A stretch of 60,203 bases of DNA, taken from positions 1-60,203 of the forward strand of contig CALVMU010000005.1 in NCBI GenBank assembly GCA_944348085.1. Reading direction: 5' to 3'. Positions within the stretch are counted from its first letter, which is position 1. Each line of letters opens with the position of its first letter. A program made the translations under genes and the position numbers. The stretch is from an uncultured Clostridia bacterium. GTDB lineage: Bacteria; Bacillota; Clostridia; Christensenellales; UBA1242. Shown one piece after another: positions 40,709 through 51,164 of the stretch. The notes beneath the pieces were generated by a model that saw only the letters and a program-made list of their open reading frames with translations, did not search any database and was not told where the DNA came from.

Positions 40709-41197
40709 TTAAAATTTTATTATTGGCACGATGTGCGCAATTTTTTCTCTTTGAATTGTGATTTGACTTGCTAGAGGTTTTTTAGTCTTTTTAGAAAGCG
40801 TTGGTTCAATTGTCACGCTTGTCTCGTCAAAGCTTGCAAGTTTGCCTTCAAAAAGTTTTATTCCGTCTTGTTTTGCAAACAGCGTGATGGCAACCTCTTG
40901 ACCTAAATTTCGCTTGAAATCTCGCTCAGTTTTGATTGGTCTGTCAAGACCTGGCGAGCTCACATTTAAGGTGTAAGGCTGGTCGTCTGTTGGATTGATT
41001 TCGTCAAGAAGCGGATCAATCACCTTGCTCACCTTTTCGCAATCGTCTGTTGAAATGCCGTTGTCAGAGTCGATATAGAAAGTAAGGTTCATGCCGTCAG
41101 ACTTTTTTGCATATTCAACTTCGATAACATCGTAGCCCATCTCTTCAATAACAGGCACAACTTTTTCTTCGCAAATTGTTTTTGTTTTGCTTGCCAA
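40709..41197 (-). CDS. rimP: Ribosome maturation factor RimP (TTG start)
   Basis: DDCEKVS, LNVSSPGLDRP. Confidence 0.96.
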   Translation of the reverse strand: MASKTKTICEEKVVPVIEEMGYDVIEVEYAKKSDGMNLTFYIDSDNGISTDDCEKVSKVIDPLLDEINPTDDQPYTLNVSSPGLDRPIKTERDFKRNLGQEVAITLFAKQDGIKLFEGKLASFDETSVTIEPTLSKKTKKPLASQITIQREKIAHIVPIIKF

Positions 41198-41219
41198 AAT
41201 AACCTCCTTTATTTACGAA

Positions 41220-41256
41220 GCAGGGAGTGAACAAATCTTGCTCACTCCCCACGCGC
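41220..41256 (-). promoter_or_regulatory. Leader hairpin upstream of the rimP-nusA operon
   Basis: GGGAGTGAGCAA...TTGTTCACTCCC. Confidence 0.55.
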
Positions 41257-41405
41257 TTCTATTCTAGTCAACTTTATTGTAACACAACAAACAAATAAAA
41301 TCAACCTTTTATATAAAATTTATTTATTTTTTAGAAAAATTATAATATTTTTTGCCTTTGATTTAAGCAATTTTTGTCAATTGTCCATGTTTTTGCGAAA
41401 AAAAC

Positions 41406-42959
41406 TTATTTGCTTTTGACTTTTGAAAGTTCAAGAAGAACCTGCGCTGTTGCAAGCGCGTCGTTATATGCCCTGTGCGCTCCCTCAAGCGTCAAACCAA
41501 GAGCGGCAACGATTGTGCCCAGTTTATAGTTTGCAAGCCTGAGCGAAGATGTTCTTGCAAGCACCAAGGTGTCAATAATTTGGTTTTTAAAGTAAAGTCC
41601 ATTTTTTTCTGCAGCTTTCTTGATAAATTTAAAGTCAAAGCCGACAACATTGTGACCGCAAAGCACACAGTTATCGCAAAATGCCTTAAAGTCATAGATA
41701 ACATCTCTGATTGAAGGCGCATCTTTAACCATATCATCAGTGATATGAGTCAAAGCCTTTACCTCTTCAGGAATAGGTTTTGTAGGCTTTACAAAAGTGG
41801 CAAATTTTTCTTTTATCACACCGTCTACAATTTTAACCGCTCCAATTTCAGTGATTTCGTCTTCTTCAAAGTTAAGACCTGTGGTTTCAATATCAAACAC
41901 AACAACATTTTTGCCTTTTACATTGTCGTTGTAATTTATCTGTTTGTCAAACAAGAAGGCTTGCGTTGTCAATTCTATCTTTTCTGGAAAAACCACCTGC
42001 TTATGATTTGAATAATCGTTTTCGGTGATAGAAGAAATTTGTGCAGATTCGATTTTTTCTTTTTTCTGAGCCCAAGAAATCTTTTTCACATAATAGGTGT
42101 TGTTTCCGCTCAAGCCCACATTGATATCGCCAAAGCAGAGCAAAAACATGTCATCTTGCAAGCTGTCCATAACCTTTTCATGAGTTTTTGAACAGAAATA
42201 GAGACAGTCGATTTTGTCACCGTCATCAAGAGTAAAGGTGTAAAACGCCTTTTCCTCACCTGCTTTTTTGCCCTTTTTTATTTTGAAAGTTTTTTTGACG
42301 ATGTTTGAAATCTTGCCCGCCAGAATAACCATTGACTTTGGTTTTTTATTGTTTTTGATGTATTCTGGTTTTGGATTGATTTCACTGCCAACAATTTTCT
42401 TTAAAACTTCAACCTCATATCGCTCAACTTTGTTTGAAGAGATTGGAATGATGTCTGGCGCGTCAATTTCGTCTGGCACAGTGTCTTCATTTTCTTCAAT
42501 TTCAATTGAAAATGATGCGATAAATTTTTCATTTAAATATGAAAGAAGTGCATTTTTAAGATCAAGTTCATTTATCATTGCAAAAATGTCTTGGTTGAGT
42601 TTTATTTTTATGGCAACTTGATCGTCTTCTCTTGAAATTTCGATGTTGTCTTCAAATATGTAAGGCGCAAGCGCCTTTTTCTCATTTTTGAAAAAGTTTG
42701 CAATTTCGCGCCTAATCAGCACCTCGTCAAGAAAGCTCTTTTTAAACTTAACGCGCACATTTGCATTGAGTGACAAAACATTTTTCAGCAGTCCTTCAAG
42801 CTCAGTGCGGTTTTCAGCTGTCATATCTTCATGAGAAAGTGGATACAAAAAAGTAAAGGTGCAAATAGAAGATGCTTTATCGTAAATCACCTCATAGATT
42901 TTTAAAAATTGATATTTATTGTCACAGGCTTTATTCAGCCTTTGCAGAATTTCGTCCAT
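41406..42959 (-). CDS. PolC-derived protein: N-terminal domain + OB fold + DEDDh 3'-5' exonuclease, without PHP or polymerase domains
   Basis: At the rseP-polC-rimP locus; ExoI VVFDIETTG, ExoII HNVVGFD, ExoIII HRAYNDA; only 517 aa. Confidence 0.85.
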   Translation of the reverse strand: MDEILQRLNKACDNKYQFLKIYEVIYDKASSICTFTFLYPLSHEDMTAENRTELEGLLKNVLSLNANVRVKFKKSFLDEVLIRREIANFFKNEKKALAPYIFEDNIEISREDDQVAIKIKLNQDIFAMINELDLKNALLSYLNEKFIASFSIEIEENEDTVPDEIDAPDIIPISSNKVERYEVEVLKKIVGSEINPKPEYIKNNKKPKSMVILAGKISNIVKKTFKIKKGKKAGEEKAFYTFTLDDGDKIDCLYFCSKTHEKVMDSLQDDMFLLCFGDINVGLSGNNTYYVKKISWAQKKEKIESAQISSITENDYSNHKQVVFPEKIELTTQAFLFDKQINYNDNVKGKNVVVFDIETTGLNFEEDEITEIGAVKIVDGVIKEKFATFVKPTKPIPEEVKALTHITDDMVKDAPSIRDVIYDFKAFCDNCVLCGHNVVGFDFKFIKKAAEKNGLYFKNQIIDTLVLARTSSLRLANYKLGTIVAALGLTLEGAHRAYNDALATAQVLLELSKVKSK

Positions 42960-42968
42960 AGCAACATT

Positions 42969-44150
42969 TTACAACACAAAATGCAAAATGTCAATTATAA
43001 TCACCGCCCCAAATAATATAAAAAGTCCGATGGTGTGAATCATATTTTCGATTTCGCGCTTTATTGGCTTTTTGCGGATTGCTTCAATGGTTGTAAAAAG
43101 CACATGCGAGCCATCAAGCGACGGAATGGGCAAGATGTTGAAGACTGCAAGGTTTGCCGAAATCAAAGGTATTAAAATAAGCACATTTGCAAGGTTTGCC
43201 TGAGTGAAAGAGGCAATTGTTGCAATTGTTGTGATTGGTCCTCCAATTTCTGCGATTGAAAGCTGGAAGGTTATCAAAAGCCATAGCGATTTTAAAACAA
43301 TCCAAGCAAGCCCGAAAGCGAATGGAACGCATCGCTCTAAAGCTTCCCAGAAAGTGTGAACATACGCTGTTGCGCTGATGCCAGTTGAATATGCGGTTTC
43401 TTCTTCTCCCAAAACTGGTTGACCTGTTTCTGAGTCTATGCTTAAAACTTTGGCGCGCTTTAACACCGAAAAGCCTGTATAAGCTGTTTGATACTCTCCA
43501 TTTCTGCGAACTGTAAGTTCGATCAGCTGATAATCTGTGACTGAGCTGTTGTTCTCCTTTGCCCAAGCAATAGCTTTATCAAGTTCATTTTCAATGGCTG
43601 TGCTATAGTTGACGCCATAGGCAAAATCGATTTTTTCGCCATTAATTGCGATGATGACATCACCCTCTTGCAGTCTAAGTTCTTCATCAAGTGACAAAAC
43701 TTGACTGTTTTCTTCAACCGAAGTTATCACATAGCCGTTTTGAATCTGCTCTGATGCAGTTGGATAGCCAAAAGTGACCACTTGTGGAATGTCGTAGCCA
43801 ATTGTGCAAAGAAGAATAAGTGAAAAAACAACGGCGGTTGCAAAGTTGAAAACAACGCCAGCAACAAAAACAAGAATCCTTTTCCAAGGTGCTTGTGCGT
43901 TGAACGAGTCTTTGCCGTCAGAAGAGTCTTCTTCGCCTTCAAAAGCGCAATACCCGCCAAGCGGAAAAATCCTAAGAGAAATCAGCTCCCCTCTTTTGTT
44001 CTTACGAGAAAAGAGGGCTTTACCAAACCCTACCGAAAATTCTGTAATTTTAAAATTTAACATTCTTCCAACGCAATAGTGGCCAAATTCATGGATAAGC
44101 ACCATAAAAAGCAAAATCACAATTGCAAGAAGAATATAAAGAAAGGTCAC
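42969..44150 (-). CDS. rseP: RIP site-2 metalloprotease RseP/RasP
   Basis: IHEFGH, PLGGYC, PDZ, NILPIPSLDG. Confidence 0.94.
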   Translation of the reverse strand: MTFLYILLAIVILLFMVLIHEFGHYCVGRMLNFKITEFSVGFGKALFSRKNKRGELISLRIFPLGGYCAFEGEEDSSDGKDSFNAQAPWKRILVFVAGVVFNFATAVVFSLILLCTIGYDIPQVVTFGYPTASEQIQNGYVITSVEENSQVLSLDEELRLQEGDVIIAINGEKIDFAYGVNYSTAIENELDKAIAWAKENNSSVTDYQLIELTVRRNGEYQTAYTGFSVLKRAKVLSIDSETGQPVLGEEETAYSTGISATAYVHTFWEALERCVPFAFGLAWIVLKSLWLLITFQLSIAEIGGPITTIATIASFTQANLANVLILIPLISANLAVFNILPIPSLDGSHVLFTTIEAIRKKPIKREIENMIHTIGLFILFGAVIIIDILHFVL

Positions 44151-44220
44151 TTTGTCTGTCCTCGCTTAAACTTGATTTATCGCTTAAAAACTTTTCCTTT
44201 GTCAATTTTAAGTTACAATA

Positions 44221-45186
44221 TTATGCCACAAGTATAAATATGCTGAATGCAAGAAAAATATAAGGCATCACAAACATATAAGAGTCGCATCTGTCAAGCA
44301 TGCCACCATGCCCTGGCAAGAAACGGCCACTGTCTTTGACAGAAGCTTGTCTTTTGAAAAGGCTTTCAAGAATGTCACCAGCCTGAGCGAGTGCCGAGCC
44401 TATGAAAGAAATTATGATAACATGCCAAAATTCAAAATTGTTGACAGCGAAGATTGTTCTGAGCTCTGGAATTGAGAAGAAAATAAAGTAAAGTGCAGTT
44501 GAAAACAGCACGCATGCAAGCAGTCCACCGACTGCGCCAGAAATTGTTTTGTTTGGACTGATTTTTGGACAAAGCTTCTTTCCACCAAAAATTCCGCCAA
44601 CAAGATAAGCAAAAGTGTCGGTAAAGATTGGAATAAGAAAAGCAAACAAAAGTGCTACAAGTGAGAAATATCCACCAAACTCGCCTACATTTGCAAAGGA
44701 TGTTGTCAGCTCGTCAAAGTGGTTGATATAGCTCATCAACATAAGCAAAAATGAAGGATAAACATAAGTAAAAGCTGTGTTCATTGCTTTTTGGAAAGCG
44801 TATTTAGTGTTTGAAATTTGAAGGCGTTTATATCTGATTTCCTTTGTGGTTTTGCCCTTTGTGATAAGTGGCCAAACAAATGCGATTGCAAAGAAAATCA
44901 CAATCAAAGCCACTTCAATAACAATGCCGTAAATCACGCCAAGGCTTGAGTCAAATGCTGTGTTTAAAAGGATGGACAACATCAAAAAAGCTGGAAAAAT
45001 GGTTGCCAAAATTTGATTGTTTGGCTTGTCCATTTTGGTGAGCAGTTTGCTCATTTCATAAGCGCTCATCATTGTGATAAAAAGAATGAGTGCGTCAAAG
45101 AAATATGGGCTTACTGTTTGTTTTAAAACAAAAGCAATAGCCAACACTGCCACAATTAAAATTGATGTCATAAGTCTTGTTTTCAT
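44221..45186 (-). CDS. cdsA: Phosphatidate cytidylyltransferase
   Basis: DTFAY, ISPNKT, GDILESLFKR...KDSG..LPGHGG.LDR. Confidence 0.95.
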   Translation of the reverse strand: MKTRLMTSILIVAVLAIAFVLKQTVSPYFFDALILFITMMSAYEMSKLLTKMDKPNNQILATIFPAFLMLSILLNTAFDSSLGVIYGIVIEVALIVIFFAIAFVWPLITKGKTTKEIRYKRLQISNTKYAFQKAMNTAFTYVYPSFLLMLMSYINHFDELTTSFANVGEFGGYFSLVALLFAFLIPIFTDTFAYLVGGIFGGKKLCPKISPNKTISGAVGGLLACVLFSTALYFIFFSIPELRTIFAVNNFEFWHVIIISFIGSALAQAGDILESLFKRQASVKDSGRFLPGHGGMLDRCDSYMFVMPYIFLAFSIFILVA

Positions 45187-45878
45187 TGTGTTATTCCTCC
45201 AAATCTGCGTTCTCTTTTGTTGTAGATTTTTATTGCTTTTAAAAGTTGTTTGCCGTCAAAGTCTGGCCAATAAAGTTTTGGAAAATAAAGCTCGCTGTAA
45301 GCCATTTGAAGCATCATAAAATTTGACAGCCTCTCTTCTCCACTTGTTCTGATCACAATGTCTGGCTCTGGCAAAAAGTTTGTGTCGAGATTTTTTTCAA
45401 TATCTTTATATTTTATTTCCACTTTGCCTGAATTTATAATCTTATTCACCGCTCTGACAATCTCATCGCGTCCGCCATAATTTAAAGCAAGCGTTAAAAC
45501 AAGTTTATCATTTTTTGAGGTGCGTTTCTCGCTTTTTGCAAGCTCATCTTTAAGGTCGTCTGGAAAAGGTGAAATTTCACCGATATGTTTGACGCAGATA
45601 TTTTTCTTTTCAAAATAGTCAGGGTTTTCTTTTAAATAGTCACGGATTAAACCAAAAATTCCATTGATTTCATCTTTGCTTCGCTTCCAATTCTCAGTCG
45701 AAAATGCAAAAAAAGTCAAATATTTGACGCCTAAACCCAAAGCTCCTTCAATGGTCTTTTCAATTGCCTTTATTCCAGCTCTATGCCCTGCATTCCGAGG
45801 CAGACCTCTTCTTTTTGCCCACCTTCCGTTGCCGTCCATTATGATTGCGATATGTTTTGGTATAATTAAATTTGACAT
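45183..45878 (-). CDS. uppS: Undecaprenyl diphosphate synthase
   Basis: HIAIIMDGNGRWA, FSTENW, RTSGEERLSNF. Confidence 0.97.
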   Translation of the reverse strand: MSNLIIPKHIAIIMDGNGRWAKRRGLPRNAGHRAGIKAIEKTIEGALGLGVKYLTFFAFSTENWKRSKDEINGIFGLIRDYLKENPDYFEKKNICVKHIGEISPFPDDLKDELAKSEKRTSKNDKLVLTLALNYGGRDEIVRAVNKIINSGKVEIKYKDIEKNLDTNFLPEPDIVIRTSGEERLSNFMMLQMAYSELYFPKLYWPDFDGKQLLKAIKIYNKRERRFGGITQ

Positions 45879-45901
45879 CAGCGTTCCTTTAAAGAAAAAT
45901 T

Positions 45902-46468
45902 TTAGACTTCCATGATCTCTTTTTCTTTTGCTTTAAAGTTCTCATCAATCTTATCGCAAGCATTGTCAATGATTTTTTGAACCTCTTTTTCAGCTGCTGA
46001 CTGCTCGTCTTCGCTGATTTCGCCGTTTTTTTCAAGGTCTTCAATCATTTCCATTGCGTCTCGTCTTGCTCCGCGAACACCAATTTTCGCCTCTTCAGCG
46101 ATTTTTTTGATGTCTTTAACAAGGTCTCTTCTGCGCTCTTCAGTCAGAACTGGAAAAACAAGCCTGATAACTTTGCCGTCATCGTTTGGAGTGACTCCAA
46201 GGTCAGCCATTGATATTGCTTTGACAACATTTTTGACTTGGCTTTGGTCCCAAACTGAAACGCACAGCATTCGCGCTTCAGGAACTGTTATGCTTGCCAT
46301 ATTTTTAAGAGGCGTTGGCACTCCATAATAATCAATAAAAACCTTATCGAGAATATGAGGATTTGCCCTGCCTGCTCTAACCACCATATATTCATTAAGT
46401 TGATGGTTGATTGATTTTGAAATTTCATCTTTGCAAGAGGCTAAGATTTCATCTATCATTTCATTCAT
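45902..46468 (-). CDS. frr: Ribosome recycling factor
   Basis: RAGRANP, YYG..TPL, LTEERR. Confidence 0.97.
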   Translation of the reverse strand: MNEMIDEILASCKDEISKSINHQLNEYMVVRAGRANPHILDKVFIDYYGVPTPLKNMASITVPEARMLCVSVWDQSQVKNVVKAISMADLGVTPNDDGKVIRLVFPVLTEERRRDLVKDIKKIAEEAKIGVRGARRDAMEMIEDLEKNGEISEDEQSAAEKEVQKIIDNACDKIDENFKAKEKEIMEV

Positions 46469-46604
46469 TTATATATGCTCCTTAGCTATAAGTTTACACA
46501 AAAACCTTTGATTTTGCAAATGTTTTTAAGTCAATATATTAATAATTTTATAAAAAAGCTCGAAAAAGAAAAAGACATATTAAATAATATGTCATTTTCT
46601 TAAA

Positions 46605-49388
46605 TCATTTAAGTTTTGGATCAACAAATTCAACTTTGACAATGTGAATAGTTCTTGGGTCGATTGTTGCAAACTCCCCTTTTGGCTTAATGTAATAATT
46701 TGTGTGATCTGGTTTAATCAACGCCATTGCAGGTTTATTGTCTTCATCAGTCATTCCAAGGTCGACATACATTTCTAAGTTTGGTCCATAATAAAGTTTT
46801 ACAGAATCTTTTTTATTTGCAAGAATATCTTCAATTTCCTGAATATACTTTTCAGTTTTTGCTAAATTAGCCTCATATTGTCTTGCATCAAGAATATTAA
46901 TCTTTGAATTTTTATCTTGCAATCTTGAATAAACAAGAACATCTTTATAATCTTTTTGTTGTGAAAGATCCTTCAAAGTGTTATTTAAAGCTTCTAAAAG
47001 CTTTGTGAAAAAGATGGAAGTTGCAGCGGCAACATTTACACTATCAAAGTTATTGGTTCTCAAATATTCGATGTCTTTTATAATGTCTGGTGCATTTAAA
47101 TTTTCATCATATTCTTGTTCTTTATTTAAATAAGGCATGAGCATATCTTCTGGATCATTGAATGCAATTTTCAAAACTTCATCTGTAAAAAATTCTTTTA
47201 ACGCATTCATCTTTGCAATTATAAACAAAATTAAAAATTGTTGAAGATGATATTCGTGATTTATTTCGGTTATGTTTGATCTCTTTACAAATTCTTCCCA
47301 ACCTTCTTTATTTTTCTCCACAAAAAGCGATTCAATGGATTTATATTGTTTTTGATTTCGTTTATATGCAGATATAATTGTGTCAATTGAGCTGTTTAAT
47401 ATAGACGCTGTCTCATTACGCATTGAAATAGATGCCCATTGTCTTAATTCAAAACCGTTTACTTCAACAATATCTATAGTATGATACATTACGCATGCAT
47501 TGTTTCCTTCAATTCTTCCAAAAGCCTTTTTAACTTCTTGGAGTTTTTTCATATCAAAGCACAACTCATCTGATCCAATGCTTTTTAAAAAATTTCGTTT
47601 TTCTTTCTTTATTTCAGAGATAAAAAAGTTAAAGAAATTTGCAATATTTGTATAAACGGCATCAAAAGTTTTCCCGCTTATCGAACGATATTGTGGCACA
47701 CCATGCGCAAAGTCGTCTGGTGTCACTTTTGAATAGAATGCTTTAGGTCCTTCACGCTTTATTTCCTCTATTCCAGCAATTATGTCATCGATAGTTGGCG
47801 TTTTTTCTTCTTTGCTTTCATCCATATTGTCTTGAGTGGTGTTATCGCCTTCTTTATTGTCAGTTGTGTCATCTGTGTCTGTTTCAGAATTTGACTTATC
47901 GTTTGATGGCTCGTTGTCTTGAGGATTTTTTGAAAGCCTGTTCATTTCTCTTAATTTTTTATAATATTCTCTTTTGGCTTTTTTATCAGTTTGAATGTCT
48001 CCAGCAAAAGAGTTCACTGAAGCGACAAATTTTTCATAAAGCTCTGAATTTATTGTTTTGTAACTATCAATTGTTTTAACAAGTTCAGAGGAAGAGATTA
48101 GTGGGAAATTTTTATCTACAACATTCTCTTCTTTTTTATGATAATCTCTGTTTTTTCCAGAAGCGTTGTTTGTTTCATCATCATTTTCATTCAGCGCTTT
48201 TTGTAGGCTTAAAACATTTAAAAATTTTGAAGGATTTGCAACAAAAGTGGTTTTTAAATGGTTGTTCTTATTTTTGTTATCAGCGTTTGCAATATATGCA
48301 AGAACAAAACCAAGCTTTGTCAAGTCTGTTGACAAAATTGCTTTATCAAGCAAGCAATTCATTGCGTTTTGCGCGCCCACAAATTTTTCAAGAAGCTCTG
48401 CTTTTAAAAGCAATGTTTCACTTTTTGAATTTGTGATTGCTTCCAAATTATCTAAATTATAAAAACTTTTTTCAAGTTTGCGATTGTTTGGCGATTTTAA
48501 AAATTTGCCTAAAACCAAATTTTTGTCCATTTTTTTGCTTAAGTTGAAATAAATTTTTTGGCAAATATCCAAATTTTCGTTGAATTTTTCAGAGCTGATC
48601 ATTAATATTGAAGGATTTTTTGAAATTTTATCAAGAAGCTCTGCCTTTGCGATTTTGTTTTCATCACAAACAATTTCAAGCAAGGCAATTGTGTTTGCCA
48701 TTTTGTCGACAGAAACAGCCAAAAGAGACGGCGTCTCTTTTAACAATGACTTTACATCAAAATGATAACAATCTTGCTCTTTGTCATAAGAAAGTTTTTT
48801 GAGAAGGTCAATGATTTCTTTCAAATTGTCAGCGCTAACGCGACATGCAATTGAAGCGCATTGTTGCATGATTTGTTTATACTCTTCTTGAGAAAAAAGA
48901 GCGCTCTCTTCGTTTTTGTTTAAGTTATATTTCTCTTTAGTTAAAGCCTCCAAAGTGTTTTGGAAATTGTCAACAGTTGCCATTCTTATGTTTGTTTTAA
49001 GTGCAATGCGATATGGAGAAAGATTGAGTTGTTTTGCAAGCGCCAAAACCTCTTTTATTTGCGATGAAACATTCTTGGAATCTTCCTCATAAAGTTCAAT
49101 TGTTTCAAGCAAAATTCTTTTAAGCGATTTGACCCTATCCTTATTTGCCGAAAAAATTTCTCCATCAAGATAGTTTTCTTTCAAAAGTTCAATAAGCTGA
49201 TCAGCAAGCTTTATCTTTCCATTTTGGCAAATTCTGTCAATCACATTTGCAACATCTTTTTCTGAAAAACTAAAATATGTCAAAATTGTAGAAAAAGAAG
49301 CGATTTTATCTTCAAATTCCTTGTTAGAATCAATCAAATTCTTTGTTTTTTCATGTAAATTTGCTTTAATTATACCACTCAATGCCAT
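46605..49388 (-). CDS. Large orphan protein with mTERF-like helical repeats (start probably ATG 49388)
   Basis: LLKETPSLLAVSVDKM, KISKNPSILMISSEKF, IMQQCASIACRVSADNL repeats; own TTGACA-17-TAGACT promoter, GAGGT RBS and terminator. Confidence 0.7.
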   Translation of the reverse strand: MALSGIIKANLHEKTKNLIDSNKEFEDKIASFSTILTYFSFSEKDVANVIDRICQNGKIKLADQLIELLKENYLDGEIFSANKDRVKSLKRILLETIELYEEDSKNVSSQIKEVLALAKQLNLSPYRIALKTNIRMATVDNFQNTLEALTKEKYNLNKNEESALFSQEEYKQIMQQCASIACRVSADNLKEIIDLLKKLSYDKEQDCYHFDVKSLLKETPSLLAVSVDKMANTIALLEIVCDENKIAKAELLDKISKNPSILMISSEKFNENLDICQKIYFNLSKKMDKNLVLGKFLKSPNNRKLEKSFYNLDNLEAITNSKSETLLLKAELLEKFVGAQNAMNCLLDKAILSTDLTKLGFVLAYIANADNKNKNNHLKTTFVANPSKFLNVLSLQKALNENDDETNNASGKNRDYHKKEENVVDKNFPLISSSELVKTIDSYKTINSELYEKFVASVNSFAGDIQTDKKAKREYYKKLREMNRLSKNPQDNEPSNDKSNSETDTDDTTDNKEGDNTTQDNMDESKEEKTPTIDDIIAGIEEIKREGPKAFYSKVTPDDFAHGVPQYRSISGKTFDAVYTNIANFFNFFISEIKKEKRNFLKSIGSDELCFDMKKLQEVKKAFGRIEGNNACVMYHTIDIVEVNGFELRQWASISMRNETASILNSSIDTIISAYKRNQKQYKSIESLFVEKNKEGWEEFVKRSNITEINHEYHLQQFLILFIIAKMNALKEFFTDEVLKIAFNDPEDMLMPYLNKEQEYDENLNAPDIIKDIEYLRTNNFDSVNVAAATSIFFTKLLEALNNTLKDLSQQKDYKDVLVYSRLQDKNSKINILDARQYEANLAKTEKYIQEIEDILANKKDSVKLYYGPNLEMYVDLGMTDEDNKPAMALIKPDHTNYYIKPKGEFATIDPRTIHIVKVEFVDPKLK

Positions 49389-49470
49389 AAAATACCTCAC
49401 CGCTTTAGTCTATCACAAAAAGCATTTATTGTCAATATACTTTGGCTAAAAAAGCCGTGTGAAATTGCTG

Positions 49471-49552
49471 TTTTTAAAAACAAAAAAATCTCATATTTTA
49501 AACAAACGAATCTTACATTTTAAACAAAAAATCTCATTTTTAAAACAAAAAA
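49471..49552. repeat. About 4 degenerate ~21-bp tandem repeats
   Basis: TTTTAAA(A)CAAAAAATCTCA-like units. Confidence 0.65.
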
Positions 49553-49583
49553 GCAGACAAAAATTTGTCCACTTGATTTTGTT

Positions 49584-50237
49584 TTAGTTTCCTTTCATTT
49601 GTTTTGCAACTTCTTCTGCAAGGTTGTCATTTCTCTTTTCAAGACCTTCACCAAGTTCGTAGCGAGTAAATCTTCTGATAGAGATTTTTTCGCCAATTTG
49701 AAGTGTCTTTTCATTGATGTATTGGCTGATAGTCATGCTTGGATCTTTAACAAATGTTTGTTCCATAAGGCAAACATCTTGATAGAACTTTTTAACTCTT
49801 CCTTCAACCATTTTGTCAATGATTTGAGCAGGTTTTCCTTCGTTGAGAGCTTGATTTCTCAAAATTTCTTTCTCTTTTTCAAGTTCTTCAGCAGGAACCT
49901 CTTCAATTCTTACATATTTTGGTGCAGAAGCTGCGATTTGAAGAGCAACATCGTGGCAGATTTCTTGGAAAGCGTCTGTTTTTGCAACGAAATCTGTTTC
50001 GCAATTGATTTCAACAAGAACACCAATTTTTCCACCCATGTGAATGTATGAAGCTACAGCCCCTTCAGATGCAATTCTTGATTGTTTTTTTGCTGCAGCA
50101 GCAATGCCCTTTTCTCTAAGCCAAACGATAGCCTTTTCAAAGTCGCCATTGCAAGCTGTCAAAGCTTGTTTGCAGTCCATCATTCCTGCATTTGTTCTTG
50201 CTCTAAGTGATGCAACGTCTTTTGCTGTAAATTCCAT
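49584..50237 (-). CDS. tsf: Elongation factor Ts (short form)
   Basis: [20 protein letters not shown]. Confidence 0.97.
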   Translation of the reverse strand: MEFTAKDVASLRARTNAGMMDCKQALTACNGDFEKAIVWLREKGIAAAAKKQSRIASEGAVASYIHMGGKIGVLVEINCETDFVAKTDAFQEICHDVALQIAASAPKYVRIEEVPAEELEKEKEILRNQALNEGKPAQIIDKMVEGRVKKFYQDVCLMEQTFVKDPSMTISQYINEKTLQIGEKISIRRFTRYELGEGLEKRNDNLAEEVAKQMKGN

Positions 50238-50239
50238 AA

Positions 50240-51151
50240 TTACTCTCCTTTCTTTTCTTCTTTTTTCTCTTCAGTTTTTTCTTCTGCTTTGCCGTCTTTC
50301 TTTTCTTCAGCTTTTTCTACCTTTTTCTTTGCTGGCTTTTTCTTTGCAGGTTTCTTTGATTTGTTTTCTTCGCCTGCTTCAGCAATTTCAAGGTTTGGCT
50401 TTGTTTCTGCAAGAACTTTTTCGATGTCGATTTGTTCCTCTTCAGCAGTTTCTTCTTTCTTCATAGAAACGCCTTCTCTTGCCTCGATAACAGCATCAGC
50501 GATAGCGCTTGCAATAAGTTTAACTGATCTGATTGCATCGTCATTTCCTGGAATAACAATGCTGATTCCGTCTGGGTTGCCGTTTGTGTCAACAAGTCCA
50601 ACCATTGGAATTTCAAGATTTTTACATTCGCTTACGCAAATGTGTTCAACGCAAGGGTCAACAAGGAAAACAACGCCTGGAAGTTCTCTCATTTCTTTGA
50701 TTCCGCCAAGGTTTTTCTCAAGCTTGTCTCTTTCAGCTTTCAAAAGAGTTACCTCTTTTTTAGGAAGAAGGTCAAATTCGCCAACCTTTTCCATTTGATT
50801 GAGCTTGTTAAGGCGCTCAATTCTTGACTTGATTGTTTTGAAGTTTGTAAGGCATCCGCCAAGCCAACGAGTGTTGATGTAGAACATTCCGCATCTTTCT
50901 GCCTCTTCCTTTATAGCTTCTTGAGCTTGTTTTTTTGTTCCCACAAAGAGAACGCTTTTTCCTGAAGCAACGATGTCACGAACAAAAAGATATGCCTTAT
51001 CAATTTGAGCTGATGTGTCTTCCAAGTTGATGATATGGATATCGTTTCTTGCTGTGAAGATGTATTTCTTCATCTTAGGGTTCCACTTTCTAGTTTGGTG
51101 ACCAAAGTGAACGCCTGCTTCAAGAAGTTGTTTCATTGAAATAACTGACAT
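50240..51151 (-). CDS. rpsB: 30S ribosomal protein S2 with K/E-rich C-terminal tail (start ATG 51151)
   Basis: [25 protein letters not shown]; AGGAGG RBS. Confidence 0.97.
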   Translation of the reverse strand: MSVISMKQLLEAGVHFGHQTRKWNPKMKKYIFTARNDIHIINLEDTSAQIDKAYLFVRDIVASGKSVLFVGTKKQAQEAIKEEAERCGMFYINTRWLGGCLTNFKTIKSRIERLNKLNQMEKVGEFDLLPKKEVTLLKAERDKLEKNLGGIKEMRELPGVVFLVDPCVEHICVSECKNLEIPMVGLVDTNGNPDGISIVIPGNDDAIRSVKLIASAIADAVIEAREGVSMKKEETAEEEQIDIEKVLAETKPNLEIAEAGEENKSKKPAKKKPAKKKVEKAEEKKDGKAEEKTEEKKEEKKGE

Positions 51152-51164
51152 GATTTTTTCCTCC

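Noticed and set aside
41200-41405. polC pseudogene/frameshift continuation
   Set aside because: Only ~200 bp of AT-rich spacer before rimP; no polymerase coding remnant
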